From: an uncultured Acidobacteriota bacterium
Lineage (GTDB): Bacteria > Acidobacteriota > Vicinamibacteria > Vicinamibacterales > CAVVIG01
Direction: 5' to 3'
Length of the DNA: 64,000 nt
Assembly: GCA_963711505.1 (NCBI GenBank)
Contig: CAVQEJ010000003.1
Span: 2,131,073-2,195,072 of the forward strand
Part shown: positions 43,587-55,931 of the stretch, in pieces
Layout of the letters: each line of letters starts with the position of its first letter
How positions within the stretch are numbered: the stretch's first letter is position 1
Program-made: the position numbers and the translations under genes
Notes under the pieces: generated by a model
Told to the model about the DNA's origin: nothing
The model's input: the letters and a program-made list of their open reading frames with translations, nothing else
The model's database searches: none

Positions 43587-45342
43587 TCAGCACGACACGC
43601 ACTTGTTCAGCACCTTCGCGCCGAGCGTGCGGAGCAGCGCAATCGTCTCGGGAAACGGCTGGGTCCGCTGGAACGGGCCGTTGGCCATGTCGGCCACGGT
43701 CTGCCCCTTGCGGTTGATCGCGCCGATGTCGGCCCCCTTCGACACCAGATAGAGAATCATCGCGTTGTCGCCACGCGACGCCGCGTTGTGCAGGGCGGTG
43801 TTGCCTTCGGCATCGCGCGCGTTCACGTCGGCGTGCTGCACCTCGACCAGGTATTCACGGCAGCGAGCATGCCGGTCGGCGCGTAGCGGTGATGGTTCGC
43901 CGTGAAGCTCCAGCCGTACCCTTCACCGGAGGCGGCGAGCAGCGGCGAGATGTCGGGGCCACCGACCGGCACGGGCGGGAGCCCCGACTGATCGCTCTCC
44001 CGATCGGCGATGTAGGGCGCGCCGGTCGGCAGGCGTCCGGCCGGCTTGATCGTCCGGATGGCGGGGTCTGCGCCGTGAGCGACCAGCAGCTTCATGGCGG
44101 TGACATCGTCCGCATAGGCCGCCCGCCAGAACGGCGTCGCGCCGGCCTCATCGAGGCCCGACTGGTCGTCGTTGTAGTTCGTGTACCAGATCTTCCGCGT
44201 CAGTCGCGCGTTCGGGTTCGCGCCGTGTTCGAGCAGCGCCCGCATCAGGGTCAGGTAGTCGGTCTGCTGTTGCGCGTACGCGAGCGGATGGGGGTACTCG
44301 GCCTTCGGCGCCCACTGGCAGTTCAGCACCGCGTAGAGCGGCGCCGCCCCGTTGACCTGCGCGAGATTGGGATCGGCGCCGTGCTCGACGAGATACACCG
44401 CCAGGTCGAAGCGTCCGTTGACGATCGCGACGATCAGCGCGCTGCTCCGGTCGCCCGGATCGACCTCGTTGACATCCACGCCCCCGTCGACCAGCGCCTT
44501 CGCCACGTCGACGTGCCCCTGCCGGGCGGCGAACATCAACGCGGTGAGGCCGCCCTGCGTGCCGACCAGATCGACGTAGCGCAGCGGTCGCGGGGCCGCC
44601 CCGCGCGGCCGGCGTCTTGTTCGGTATCGGGCCCACGCCGGCCGGCGGCGCGGCCCCGCGCCGCCCCGCGCCTTCCTTCGCGGCCGCCGCGCCGGCGGCC
44701 GGCGCCGGCGCGAAGCCGAGCAGCCGCGGGTCGGTCTTCGGCAGCCCGGCCCAGTCGAACACCCGGCTGGTCGCCCGCCAGTCCGCGTGGCGCGCCAGCA
44801 GCACGCGCACGACGTTCGCCCGCCCGGCCGCGGCGGCAAACATGAGCGCGGTCTCGCTCCGCGCCGCCTCCTTCGCGTTCGCGTCGGCGCCGGCGTTCAG
44901 CAGGTCGGTCACCGCCTCCGCGCTGCCCGAGGCGGCCGCGAACATCAGCGGCGTCGTCCCGTGCGCGTCGGCGGCATTGGGATTGGCGCCGTTCTTCAGC
45001 AGCGCGGCGACCACCCCGGCATGGGCGGTCCGCGCGGCCAGGTCGAGCGGGGTCAGCGAGCCGATGCGCGTCGAGGCGCTCACGTTCGCGCCGCGCGTAG
45101 AGCAGCATCTGCGCCAGGGCGACATCGCCGTTCATGGCCGCCCAGTGCAGCGCGGTCATGCCGTCGGCCTGGGCGGCGTTCACGTCGGCCCCCTGCTTCA
45201 GCAGCGCCTGCACGGCGGCGCGATCGTTCTGCCGCGCCGCGTCGGCCAGCCGGGTGTCACCCGGAGCGGCCGCCACGAGCGAACTGCCTCCGATCGCAAG
45301 GACGGCGCTCAGTGCCGCACTGATCGTCCATCGGCGCCACAT
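43587..45342 (-). CDS. Secreted ankyrin-repeat protein (several frameshifts)
   Basis: DGMTALHWAA, GTTPLMFAA, ETALMFAA, GATPFWRAA, GNTALHNAA repeats across frames. Confidence 0.85.
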
Positions 45343-45345
45343 ACG

Positions 45346-46776
45346 CTAGATCCCCTCCGGCCTGGCGGCCGTCGTCGCGTCGACGGCCGGATTCAGATCC
45401 ATGGCCTCCGCGCTGTCCCCGAATTTCTCCTTCTCGACGCCGAGCGTGCGGAGGACCGACAGCCAGACGTTGGCCATCGGCGTGTCGTCGGACGCCTCGA
45501 TGTGCACGTTGCCGCGCAGCCGGCCGCCGGCGTGGCCGGCGAGGAACAGCGGCAGCCGCCGGTGGTTGTGCAGGTTCGAGTCGCCCATCGGCGAGCCGTA
45601 GATGATCAGGCTGTTCTCGAGCAGGTTGCGATCGCCTTCCGGGATGCTCTTCAGTTTCGCCAGCAGGTAGGGGACCATGCTCACGTGATACGTGTTGATC
45701 TTCTGCAGCACCCGCAGCTTGTCTTCCTTCTCCTGGTGATGCGAAGCGGGATGGAACCCGGAATCGACGCCGCTCTCCGGGTACACGCGGCTCGACGCGT
45801 CGCGCGACAGCTTCAGTGAGAACACGCGCGTGAGGTCGGCCTGGAACGCCGCGGCCATGAGGTCCATCATCAGGTGCACGTGCTCGTGGAACGAGTCGGG
45901 CACACCGACGGGCGCTTCCGGGAGGTCCCGCGGCTCTCCGCTGCGGTTGCTGGGCCTCGACGTTCTGGATGCGCTGCTCGATCTCCCGCACGTCGTCGAG
46001 GTACCGGTCGAACCGCTGCCGGTCGCCGGGACCGAGCTGCCGCTTGACGTCGGCGATTTGCACGGTGAGCCAGTCGAGGATGCTCGCGTTGGCCGCCCGC
46101 CGCGAGGCACGGGCCGTCGGCGTGCCGCCCGAGCCGAAGAGCTGGTTGAACACGGCCCGCGGGTCGCGGAAGACCGGCAGCGGCCCGGTCGGCGACGCCC
46201 ACTGAAATCGTGTCGGTGTACACGCAGGCGTAGCCGTAGTCGCAGCCGCCCGCCTGATCCACCGGCTCGATGCACAGCTGCAGCGACGGAATCGCGCTGT
46301 CCTGTCCGTACTCCGTCGCGTAGATTCGATCGACCGACATCCCCGCATGGATGTCCGAGCCTTCCGTCTGCTTCGGGTGCACCTGCGTGAGGAACGTGGC
46401 ACTCGAGCGGAAGTGGTCGCCGCCGACCTCGGGCGCCGCCCACGCCTCGGCCGCGTGGTCCATCGTGTTGCTGACGATGGTGACGTGCTCGCGGTAGGGC
46501 TCCAGCGGCTTCAGACTCGTGGGCGCCAGGTCGAACCCGCGGCCGGCCGCGGCGGGCGACCACATGTTCAATGTCCGCCCGAGGTGCGAGCTGCCGGCCG
46601 AGCCATGCACGATCTCCATGCGCCACGAGCCGCGTCCGGCCGACCGCCTGCGCATCCGGCGTCTTCGCCCACGCCGTCCCCGCCGGCACCATGGCGTCGA
46701 GGAACGGCAGGGCGAGCGACACCCCCATCCCCTTCAGCACCGTGCGTCGCGACATCCGCTTCTGCGTGATGAACAT
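45346..46776 (-). CDS. DUF1552 (HXXSHH) protein (frameshifted)
   Basis: SRRTVLKG Tat-like N-terminus, CDYGYACVYTDTIS, HPASHH, GDSNLHNH. Confidence 0.85.
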   Translation of the reverse strand: MFITQKRMSRRTVLKGMGVSLALPFLDAMVPAGTAWAKTPDAQAVGRTRLVAHGDRAWLGRQLAPRADIEHVVARRGRPRVRPGAHESEAAGALPRARHHRQQHDGPRGRGVGGARGRRRPLPLECHVPHAGAPEADGRLGHPCGDVGRSNLRDGVRTGQRDSVAAAVHRAGGSGGRLRLRLRLRVHRHDFSGRRRPGRCRSSATRGPCSTSSSARAARRRPVPRGGRPTRASSTGSPCKSPTSSGSSVPATGSGSTGTSTTCGRSSSASRTSRPSNRSGEPRDLPEAPVGVPDSFHEHVHLMMDLMAAAFQADLTRVFSLKLSRDASSRVYPESGVDSGFHPASHHQEKEDKLRVLQKINTYHVSMVPYLLAKLKSIPEGDRNLLENSLIIYGSPMGDSNLHNHRRLPLFLAGHAGGRLRGNVHIEASDDTPMANVWLSVLRTLGVEKEKFGDSAEAMDLNPAVDATTAARPEGI

Positions 46777-46834
46777 CCCTCTCCCCCTCAGAACCCCTCG
46801 CCGGCGCGCGCGCCGGCCTGGCGGCTGTCGGCGC

Positions 46835-49693
46835 TCACGGCTCCACCCGGCTCATCAGGAACGCGCGGCTGTTGACGATCCCCTGCACGAAGGCGGAGAA
46901 CCGGTTGCCCCTGCGGCCGCCCGGTGCACGATCGCGCGCACGGCCGGCATGTCGAAGTACTCGATTTGGCGACCGAGGGCGTACGCCATCAGGTTCTCGG
47001 TGAACACCCGGATGACGGTGTCCCGGTGCTCCAGCAGCGCCTGGTTCAGCCCGTCCAGCCCGTTCATCGCCGTGCCGTCGTACAGCACGGTGGACGCATC
47101 CACGGGCACGTCGTTGTCCCGGATCCGCCAGGCGCCCGTCGGGTCGAAGTGCTCCATCGACAGGCCGATCGGATCGATCATCTTGTGGCACGACGCGCAG
47201 AACGGGTTCTTCCGGTGCTCTTCCATCCGCTGCCGCACCGACAGCGGGTGGCCGTCAGCGCTCCTGCGCCCGTGGCCGACAGCGGCGGCACGTTCGGGCG
47301 GCGGCGGCGGCGGCGGCTGCCCGAGCAGCACCTCGAGCACCCACTTGCCGCGCAGGACCGGGATCGGTCCGGTTCGCCACCGACGTCTCCACGAGGATGC
47401 TGCCTTCGCCGAGCAGGCCGGCGCCGGTGCGTCCCGGCGAGCGACACCGCCGGAACTGCGGGCCGGCCACGCCCGGCGAGGCCGTAGAAAGTCGCCAGAT
47501 CCGCTGGTTCACGTACGTGTAGTCGGCCGTCAGCAGATCCAGCACGCTCCGATCGTCCTTGACGATGCTGTCGAAGAAGCGCTCGGTCTCCTTTTCATCT
47601 CCGCGGCAATCGTCGCGTCGTAGTCCGGGTACTCAGGGCGTCCGGATGCACCTTGTCGACGTCCTGCAGCCGCAGCCACTGCGCCGCGAACCGGGTGGCC
47701 AGCGCGAACGACCGCGGATCGTGGAGCATCCGCTGCACCTGCGCCGCGAGCACCGTGGCGCTCGTGCAGCCGCCCGCGGTCGGCCAGCTTCACGAGCTCC
47801 GCATCCGGCGGCATGGCCCAGAGAAAGTAGGACAGGCGCGACGCGAGGGCGATGTCGCTGACGCGATAATCTTCACCCGGCCGGGCCACCGCCGGCTGCG
47901 GCTCGAGACGGAACAGGAACTTCGTGCTGACGAGCACCGCCTGCAGGGCCAGCCGGATGCCCGACTCGAAGTCGCCATTCTCCGGACGGGGCTCCGCCGG
48001 GTTCCCCGGGCTCACTCCGTGGCGCTCGCGATCCGGCCCGCTCCACTCCGTTCGCAGGCCCGCGGCGCGCGCCGCCGGGCTGCGCCCCGGCTTCGCCACG
48101 TCCTTCGCGGTAGAAGCGCATCAGGTCGTTGACCTCGGCCGGCGTCGCCGGACGCCGGTAGGCCTGGTCGGCCAGGTGCTGCACGATCCGCCGGGCGCAC
48201 GGCAGTTCGCCGGCCGCCGACACCGGCCGGCAGATGAAGATCTTCCGCCGGCTGACCGTGTCGGAGACGCCGGTCACGTGGAATGGGCCGCTGACCGTCA
48301 ACGTTCGCAGATGCGGCACGGTCGTGATGCCCTGCGCTTCCCCGATGTCGAGGTCCGAGAGCATGTAGGCCTGCGGCGCGATCAGGTCGTCGACCGGACC
48401 GTCCGCCTGCTGCAGGAACGCGGCCGCGAGATGGTGCGGCCCGCCGGCCACCTCGATGGGCGGGGTCTCGAGGGTGAGGCCGTGCGGCCCGGTCTCGGCC
48501 ATGCGCGGATCGACGTCGAGCAGGGCCACGCGCCGGTCGTCGATCGCCACCTCGATCTGCTGGTCGCCGGCGGTCAGCCCGAACAGCCGGCCCACGCCCC
48601 CATCGTCGGTGCCGTACAAGAGGAGCTTGAAGCGGTACGTGCCGGCGGCCGGAAACACGTGCGTGACCGACAGGCCGCCGCGCGTGCCCATCGGGGCGCC
48701 GGTCACGTACTGCGTCTGCGAGCGTGAACTTGCCGACGCTGTAGCTCACCGAGGTCGCCGTGGCGTCGAGATCGCCGACGGCCAGGCGGCTGATCTCACC
48801 GGCCGCTTCCAGATAGCTCTGCAGCAAGGTCGGCGACAGATCCTGCACCGCCGCGATGTTGTCGAAGTTGTGGCTCATCGTGTCGGGCGGCAGCCACTGG
48901 CTGACGTCCACGGTGAGCCCCAGCATCGAACGGATCGAATCGGTGTACTCCACCCGGTTCAACCGCGGCGACAGCCGGAAGCCGGGATCGGGGTGACGCG
49001 CGGCGTCCCGATCGATCCGCGTCTCGAGCGACACGACGAACGCGTGAATCGAGGCCTCGTCGGGCCGCTTCGGCGCGGTCGCGGGTGGCATCATGCCCCG
49101 CGCGCAGCTTCGCCAGCATGTCCTCGGCAATCTTCGCGTGCGCCGGCGCCGACGCCATGTCGAAATGTTCGAACGAGAGGCCGCCCGGCTTCCGCCGATC
49201 GGTATGGCACTGGATGCAGATGGTGTGGACCATCGCGTTCTGCGACGCGACCGTCATCACATCGCCGCGATGCGGGAAGGACACGACGGTGGGGGCCGCA
49301 ACCCGCGCGGGCGCCGACGGCACCGCCGACATGCCCGGAATGGCGGCGGCCTCGAGCAGCGGCGCGAGAACGCCTGGAGGGTCGCGGCGTCGGGACGGGG
49401 CATGCCCGGCCGGCGGCATCTGGCCCGCCTTCAGCTTGCTGCACCATCATGGCCGCGATGTTCGCGGCGAGATGCGCCGTGCCGTCGAACGTCTCGAGCG
49501 AGAGCCCGCCGGGCTTCTGCGCCTCGTCGTGGCAGCCGACGCAATACTGCTGCACCAGGCTGGTCTGCGCCGACGCCGGCATGGCGGCCGGCGCCGGTGA
49601 CACCGTCGCGGCTTGCGCGGCGGCCCGCGACGTGATGCTCGACACCAGGATCAGCGCCAGTGCGGCGCCCGTAACCCATCTGCAGTGCGTCAT
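46835..49693 (-). CDS. PSCyt/DUF1587-1595-1592-1588-1585 c-type cytochrome protein (multiple frameshifts, REP-like insert)
   Basis: CVGCH, CIQCH, RLNRVEY..S..LG, FDNIA, LASRLSYFLW, CASCH..IDP.G, YALGR. Confidence 0.85.
47988..48088. repeat. REP-like palindromic element inside coding sequence
   Basis: GGGGCTCCGCC ... CTCACTCCG ... GGGCTGCGCCCC; interrupts LMRFYREGR|NGDFESGIRLAL. Confidence 0.6.
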
Positions 49694-49930
49694 GCCCTTC
49701 GCCCCAACATGAAATCCCCGAGCCCGGCTCTCGATCCCGGCTGGCAGCTGGTCCGGCCGACCAAAGGATCGCAGCAAGCCCGGCGGGCCGGAAACCGGCG
49801 ATATTGTCATTTATTGTCTCGCGTGCCGAAGGGAAATCCGCCAGTGCGCGGGGATTCGGACCGGAGGCGAAGCGGCTCTGCGGGCTGCGCCGATGAGGCC
49901 CGCGGCCGGGGAACGGGCCGCTGCCGACGG

Positions 49931-50240
49931 TTACGCGATCGGGCCGGGCACCGGATAGAGGACGTCGAGCAGGTCGTGACGGCGGAGCCCCAGGGCCTCG
50001 CGCTGCACTTCGAGGTACCAGCGATACTGGCGGGCCTGGCGGCGCACGGCATCGGTACTCGGCCACGGCGCCGGCCCGGGCCGCGCCGGACAGCCGCTCG
50101 GCCCTGGCACGGCGCTCGGCGAGATCCCCGAGCAACGCCTCGAGCTTCCTCGCGATGCGTCCGAGCGCCGCGGCCCGCTCCTCGGCCAGCTCGCGCTCGG
50201 TCCGGCCGAACCGCTGCTGCGCCACTTCCAGCCGGCTCAT
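49931..50240 (-). CDS. Hypothetical helical protein (frameshift near 50050)
   Basis: MSRLE...ERAAALGRIARKLE then ARQYRWYLEVQREALGLRRH...YPVPGPIA*. Confidence 0.6.
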
Positions 50241-50258
50241 CCTGCGTCCCGCCGTCGG

Positions 50259-50910
50259 CTACCCGCGCACCTGCAGCAGCCGGTGGGCCTCCTCCGGCTT
50301 CATGGCGGAGATCGCGGCCTCCGAGTACCCCAGCTCGCGCAGCGCCTCCTGCTGCCGGCGCGTGATGAGGAGCGACACCGACCGGCCGCGGGCGACCGGT
50401 TGGCGCCGCGGCGTCGTACGGGCACTCGCGCAGGTAGGTCACCAGGTCGGTCGAGACCATCGACCCGCCGAGCTGCCGGATCATCGTCGTGACCTGCCCG
50501 CGGTGATACGTCGCGTGGTTCACCACGTGCTGCAGCTGCTGCCAGAGGGGCTGCACCGACCGCGCGCCCCGCATGTTGGCGTATTCGAGCGGCTGCGCCA
50601 GCGTCTCGTCGGTCTGGTCCGCCAGGAAGGCCTCCCGCGCGCCCATCACCTCGCCCCACCGCTCGCGCAGATCGCCCAGTGTCGCCACCGGGTGCCACGC
50701 CGGCGGCGCCGATGGCGAGCGGCCCTGCCAGCGTTCCATCCAGATCCAGTCGGCGGCAGCGATGTGTCCGAGCGTATCGCGCACGGACGGGAAGCTGCTG
50801 CCGAGATCGCGGCCGAACTGTTCCGCGGTCAGCGCGGCGGCCGCGTCGAGCACGCGCGCGTTGGCCCAGGCCGTATAGTCGAACAGCATCCGCACGTGCG
50901 CCGCATCCAT
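50259..50910 (-). CDS. DinB/YfiT-family protein with C-terminal extension (frameshift near 50400)
   Basis: LFDYTAWAN, SVRDTLGH, HVVNHATYHRGQ. Confidence 0.85.
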
Positions 50911-50997
50911 CAGGGTCCTCCCCGTGCGGCGTTCCTGCACGCCGCCGTCAGCTTGGCCGAAGTCGGCCCGTAGGCTATCCTCCGGGTATGCCCACAG

Positions 50998-52366
50998 ATG
51001 AGGCAGCCCGGCCGCTGGACGCCCGAGCACGGCCCGCCGCCACCAGCACGACGCCCGCGCATCACACGCGAAACGCGCCTGCTGCTGCTGACGATCGGCG
51101 TGTCGGTCGCGGCGCTGCTGCTGCTGGCGCGGTTCCGCTTCCCCGCGCAGACGCCGATCGTCAACCCGGCGCCGCTGCCGCTCGAGCGGCTCGCCGCACG
51201 GGCGACCTACGACGAGCTCGCCACGATCATGGCGCAGTTGCAGGCACGCGTCCAGCCCGGCATGGTCGTCCTGCACGTCGCGCCAGCGGTGGCCGGTGCC
51301 GACGCCGCGACCGGCATGCCGCAGTACGTGCCGGCGATCCGCGTGGGCGAACAGCTGGCCCTCGCCTGGCTCGGTTCGGACGCACAGGTGCAGGGTCTCG
51401 CGGGTTCGGAGACCGCCGTGCCCGTCGTCCTGTCGCGCGATCGCCTGCGCCGCCTCGCGCTGGTGCGCGTGCCTCCCGCCGCGGAAGTGCCGGCCTGGCT
51501 GCGCGAACAGTCGCCGACGCCGCGCGTCCCCGGCTACTTCGCCGTGGCCGAAGGCGGCCATGGCGGCGTGGCCCTGCGGCCGCTGTACCTCGCGCGCCTC
51601 GACGCGCTCAGCGATCCCCGGTGGCCACGGCCGCTCCTGCTGATGGGCGGCGAAGTCGACGCGGCGCCCGGCAGCTTCGTCTTCACGCTCGAAGGCCGGC
51701 TCGTCGGCCTCGTCATCCGCGACCAGGGCATGCGCATCATCGTGCCGCCCGGCATGCTGGAGCAGTCGGTCACCCGCCTGAATCAGGGGGAGACCTCGGC
51801 GCCCGGCCATCTCGGCATTGCCGTGCAGGCGCTCTCGCCGGCCCTGGTCGTCGCCACCGGCGCGCAGCAGGGCGTCGTCGTCAGCCAGGTCGCCACCGAC
51901 GGCCCCGCCGCCGCCGCCCTGCGCGTCGGCGACGTCATCCAGACGCTGGACGGCGAGCCGACCTACTCGCTCGAAGCGTTCGAGTACCGCCTCTCGACGA
52001 TTCCGGCGGGCATGGTGGCCACCATCGGCTTCATCCGGCGCGGCAAGGCCCAGACGGCCGGGGTCACCGCGGAGCCGCGTGCCCCGCAGACGGCGGCCGG
52101 CACGCCGCCGGCCACCGGCGGCCTCGGCCTCACGCTGCGGGCGGCGCCCACCGTCGGCACGCAGGTGCTGCACGTCAAGCCGCAGTCGGCGGGCGCGCGC
52201 GCGGGCCTCCAGGCCGGCGACTTCATCACGAGCCTCGACGCCATCCGGACACCGACGCCGGCGCAGAATCGAACGGGCGTTCCGGCAGGCCGCCGCGGGC
52301 GCGGCGCTCATGGCGGGTATCGAGCGGGGCGGTCATCCGGTCGTGGTCGCCATCACGAAGCCATGA
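50998..52366 (+). CDS. Membrane-anchored PDZ-domain protein, degenerate HtrA/DegP-like
   Basis: TM, trypsin-like region lacking GNSGG, two PDZ (HLGI..., GPAAAA.LRVGDVI; GLGL..., AGLQAGD); frameshift near 52270. Confidence 0.7.
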
Positions 52367-53553
52367 GCGATCAGCCGACCGTGATCTTCCACGAGGTCGG
52401 GAGCCGGGACCCGATCGATGCCGCGCTGAGGGCCAGGCGCGGCGCGGCCCGCTTCGGCCGCCTCGATCTGCTGCTGCGCACCCGTGCCGCGCTCGGGCTG
52501 AAGGCCACGCCCGCGCCGGCCCTGGTCCTGGTCCCGCTCGGCGTCATCCTCGGACCGCACGTCCTGAACCTCTTCAGCCCGAACGTGCTCGCGCACCTGG
52601 ACGCGGTCGTCTCGGTGGCCCTGGCCGCGCTCGGCGTATTCGTCGGCCTCGCCCTCGACATCCGCTCCAGCCAGGACCGCCGGCTCGCCCTGGCCGCCGA
52701 TCTCGAGAGCGGCGTCACCGTCGTCATCGTGGCGGCGGCCACGCTGCTCCTGCTCCACGCCTGGCAGGCACCGGTCGACGCCCCGCCGCTCGCCATCGCG
52801 CTCGCCCTCGGCATCTGCGCATCGGCCTCGTCCGGGGGCGCCGCCGAAGTGCGCGGCAGCCTCTACCACGTGCTGGCCACGCACATCGCCGAGCTCGACG
52901 ATGTGATGCCGATCGCGGTCGGGGGCTTCGTCATCGTGGCACTGCGGGGTGCCACGCTGTCGCAGACGATCCTGTTCGCCGGGCTGACCGTGCTCCTCGG
53001 GCTGCTGGTCGGCATCGCCGGCTGGCTCCTGTTCGAACGGGCGCACGACGCGCCCGAGCGCGGCGTCTTCATCGTCGGCACCGTCGTGCTGCTGGGCGGC
53101 CTCACGGCGTACCTGTCGCTGTCGCCCCTGCTCGCCGGGATGGTCGCCGGCGTGTTCTGGCGCCTGTCGCCCGGCAGCGCCGACCGGATCATCCGCAGCG
53201 ACCTCCAGAAGATCCAGCACCCGCTCGTGCTCCTGCTGCTGCTCACCGCGGGGGCGAGCCTCGAGTGGAGCCGGCTGGCGATCTGGCTCTTCGCGCCGTT
53301 CGTCCTCTTCAGGGTCACCGGCAAGCTGACCGGAGCGAAGCTGGCCGAGCGGCTGTCCGCGCCGCTGACGCCGGCCGAGCTCGGGGCCTACCTGCTGCCG
53401 CCCGGCGTCATCGGCATCGCCTTCGCGCTGAACGTGCAGCAGGTCGCCTCGCCGGTCACCGGCGCCGCCATCGTGACGGCCGTGGCCGCCGGCTCGCTCG
53501 CCTGCGAGCTGCTGGCCCTCATCGAGCTGCCTGGACGGGAGCGCGAGACGTGA
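52363..53553 (+). CDS. Cation:proton antiporter-like membrane protein
   Basis: About 11-12 TM, LGVILGPHVLNL, ELDD, LSPLLAG. Confidence 0.65.
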   Translation: MSDQPTVIFHEVGSRDPIDAALRARRGAARFGRLDLLLRTRAALGLKATPAPALVLVPLGVILGPHVLNLFSPNVLAHLDAVVSVALAALGVFVGLALDIRSSQDRRLALAADLESGVTVVIVAAATLLLLHAWQAPVDAPPLAIALALGICASASSGGAAEVRGSLYHVLATHIAELDDVMPIAVGGFVIVALRGATLSQTILFAGLTVLLGLLVGIAGWLLFERAHDAPERGVFIVGTVVLLGGLTAYLSLSPLLAGMVAGVFWRLSPGSADRIIRSDLQKIQHPLVLLLLLTAGASLEWSRLAIWLFAPFVLFRVTGKLTGAKLAERLSAPLTPAELGAYLLPPGVIGIAFALNVQQVASPVTGAAIVTAVAAGSLACELLALIELPGRERET

Positions 53554-54878
53554 GGCGCGCGCTCGCGCTGGTCCTCGTCATCGGCGCCATGCTGCTGGCC
53601 CGGCAGGCGGCGGGCACCGAAGGCCTGCGCACCGCCGCGCTCGGCCTCGGTTTCGCCCTCATCGCCGCCGCGCTGGCCGGCGACCTGTTCGAGCGGCTGT
53701 GGCTGCCCCGCGTCAGCGGCTACCTGATCTTCGGGATGATCTGCGGGCCGTATCTCGCGAACATCATCTCGCGGTCGATGGCGCGCGAGCTGCAGCTGTT
53801 CAACGGCCTCGCCATCGCCCTCATCGCGTTCATGGCCGGCCTGGAGATCAACCTCAAGCGGATCGCGCCGCGCCTCGGCGGGATCCTGCGGCTCGGCGGC
53901 ATCACGTTCGGGTTCGTGTACGCCGGGCTGCTCGTCGTCTTCTGGGCGGCATGGCCGTGGCTGCCGATCCTGCCCGGCGCCAGCGGCATCGCCCGCTTCG
54001 CCCTGGCTCTCATGCTGACGACCGTGGTGTCGAGCTGCTCGCCGACCATGACGATCGCCGTCATCACCGACACGCGGTCACGCGGCCCCCTCAGCGAGCT
54101 GACGCTCGCGCTGGTCGTGCTGGCCGACCTCGCGCTCATCCTCGTCTTCACCCTGGCCATGCAGTTCGTCCACTGGTCGCTCGGCACCGCCATCGTCACC
54201 GAAGTCGGCCTCGTGCCCCGCGTCGCCTGGGAGATCGTCGGATCGCTCGCCTTCGGCGCGGCCGTCGGCGCGATCTTCGCGCTCTACACCCGCTACGTCG
54301 GCCGCGAGCTCACCCTCGTGCTGCTCGGCCTGTGCGTCGTGCTGGCCGAGATCGGCCCGCGCCTCGACTTCGAGCCGCTGCTGGCCGCCCTGGCGGCGGG
54401 TCTCGTCGTCGAGAACGTCGCCGAAGCCGGTGGCGAGGCGCTCAAGGAGGCCGTCGAACGCGGCGCCCGGCCGGTGCTGGTCGTCTTCTTCGCGGCCGCC
54501 GGGGCGTCGCTGCACCTCGACGCCCTCGCCGTCATCGGGATCACCGCCCTGCTGATGTCAATCGTCCGGCTCGCCTTCATCCGCACCGGCACGGCGCTGG
54601 GCGCTCCGCGATCGGGCATCGACGCCGGGATCGGACGGCTCGTCTGGATGGGGCTCGTCTCGAAGGCGGGCGTCACGCTCGGTCTCGTCGTCATCCTCGC
54701 CACCGAGTTCCCGACCTGGGGCACGCGCATCGAAACGCTGATGGTCGCCGTCATCGCGCTGCACGAGCTCGTCGGACCGGTGCTGTTCAAGTGGGCGCTG
54801 GCCCGCAGCGGAGAGATCGGCCGCATGGACGCCGCCCCGGTGCCGGCCGCCGCGCCGGCCGCCGAAGCGCCCGTCTGA
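53550..54878 (+). CDS. Cation:proton antiporter (CPA2-like)
   Basis: LPRVSGYL..G...GP, GLEIN, VLADL, KAGVTLG, HELVGP. Confidence 0.8.
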   Translation: MRRALALVLVIGAMLLARQAAGTEGLRTAALGLGFALIAAALAGDLFERLWLPRVSGYLIFGMICGPYLANIISRSMARELQLFNGLAIALIAFMAGLEINLKRIAPRLGGILRLGGITFGFVYAGLLVVFWAAWPWLPILPGASGIARFALALMLTTVVSSCSPTMTIAVITDTRSRGPLSELTLALVVLADLALILVFTLAMQFVHWSLGTAIVTEVGLVPRVAWEIVGSLAFGAAVGAIFALYTRYVGRELTLVLLGLCVVLAEIGPRLDFEPLLAALAAGLVVENVAEAGGEALKEAVERGARPVLVVFFAAAGASLHLDALAVIGITALLMSIVRLAFIRTGTALGAPRSGIDAGIGRLVWMGLVSKAGVTLGLVVILATEFPTWGTRIETLMVAVIALHELVGPVLFKWALARSGEIGRMDAAPVPAAAPAAEAPV

Positions 54879-54931
54879 CCGCCGCGGATCGTCACACCGT
54901 CGAAACGCCGGCGGTGTACACTGGATTCCTC

Positions 54932-55843
<912 letters not shown>

Positions 55844-55931
55844 CCGCAGAGAATCCCGGCCGTCCGATTCCGGGCGACGTGGAAACGCCGCGGGGCAGGC
55901 CGGCCTGCCCGGACGCGGACGAGGAGCAGAC

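Noticed and set aside
41064..50900. Genomic island or prophage integrated at tRNA-Leu
   Set aside because: I found no integrase, phage gene or duplicated tRNA 3' end in the window, and composition looks like the flanks.
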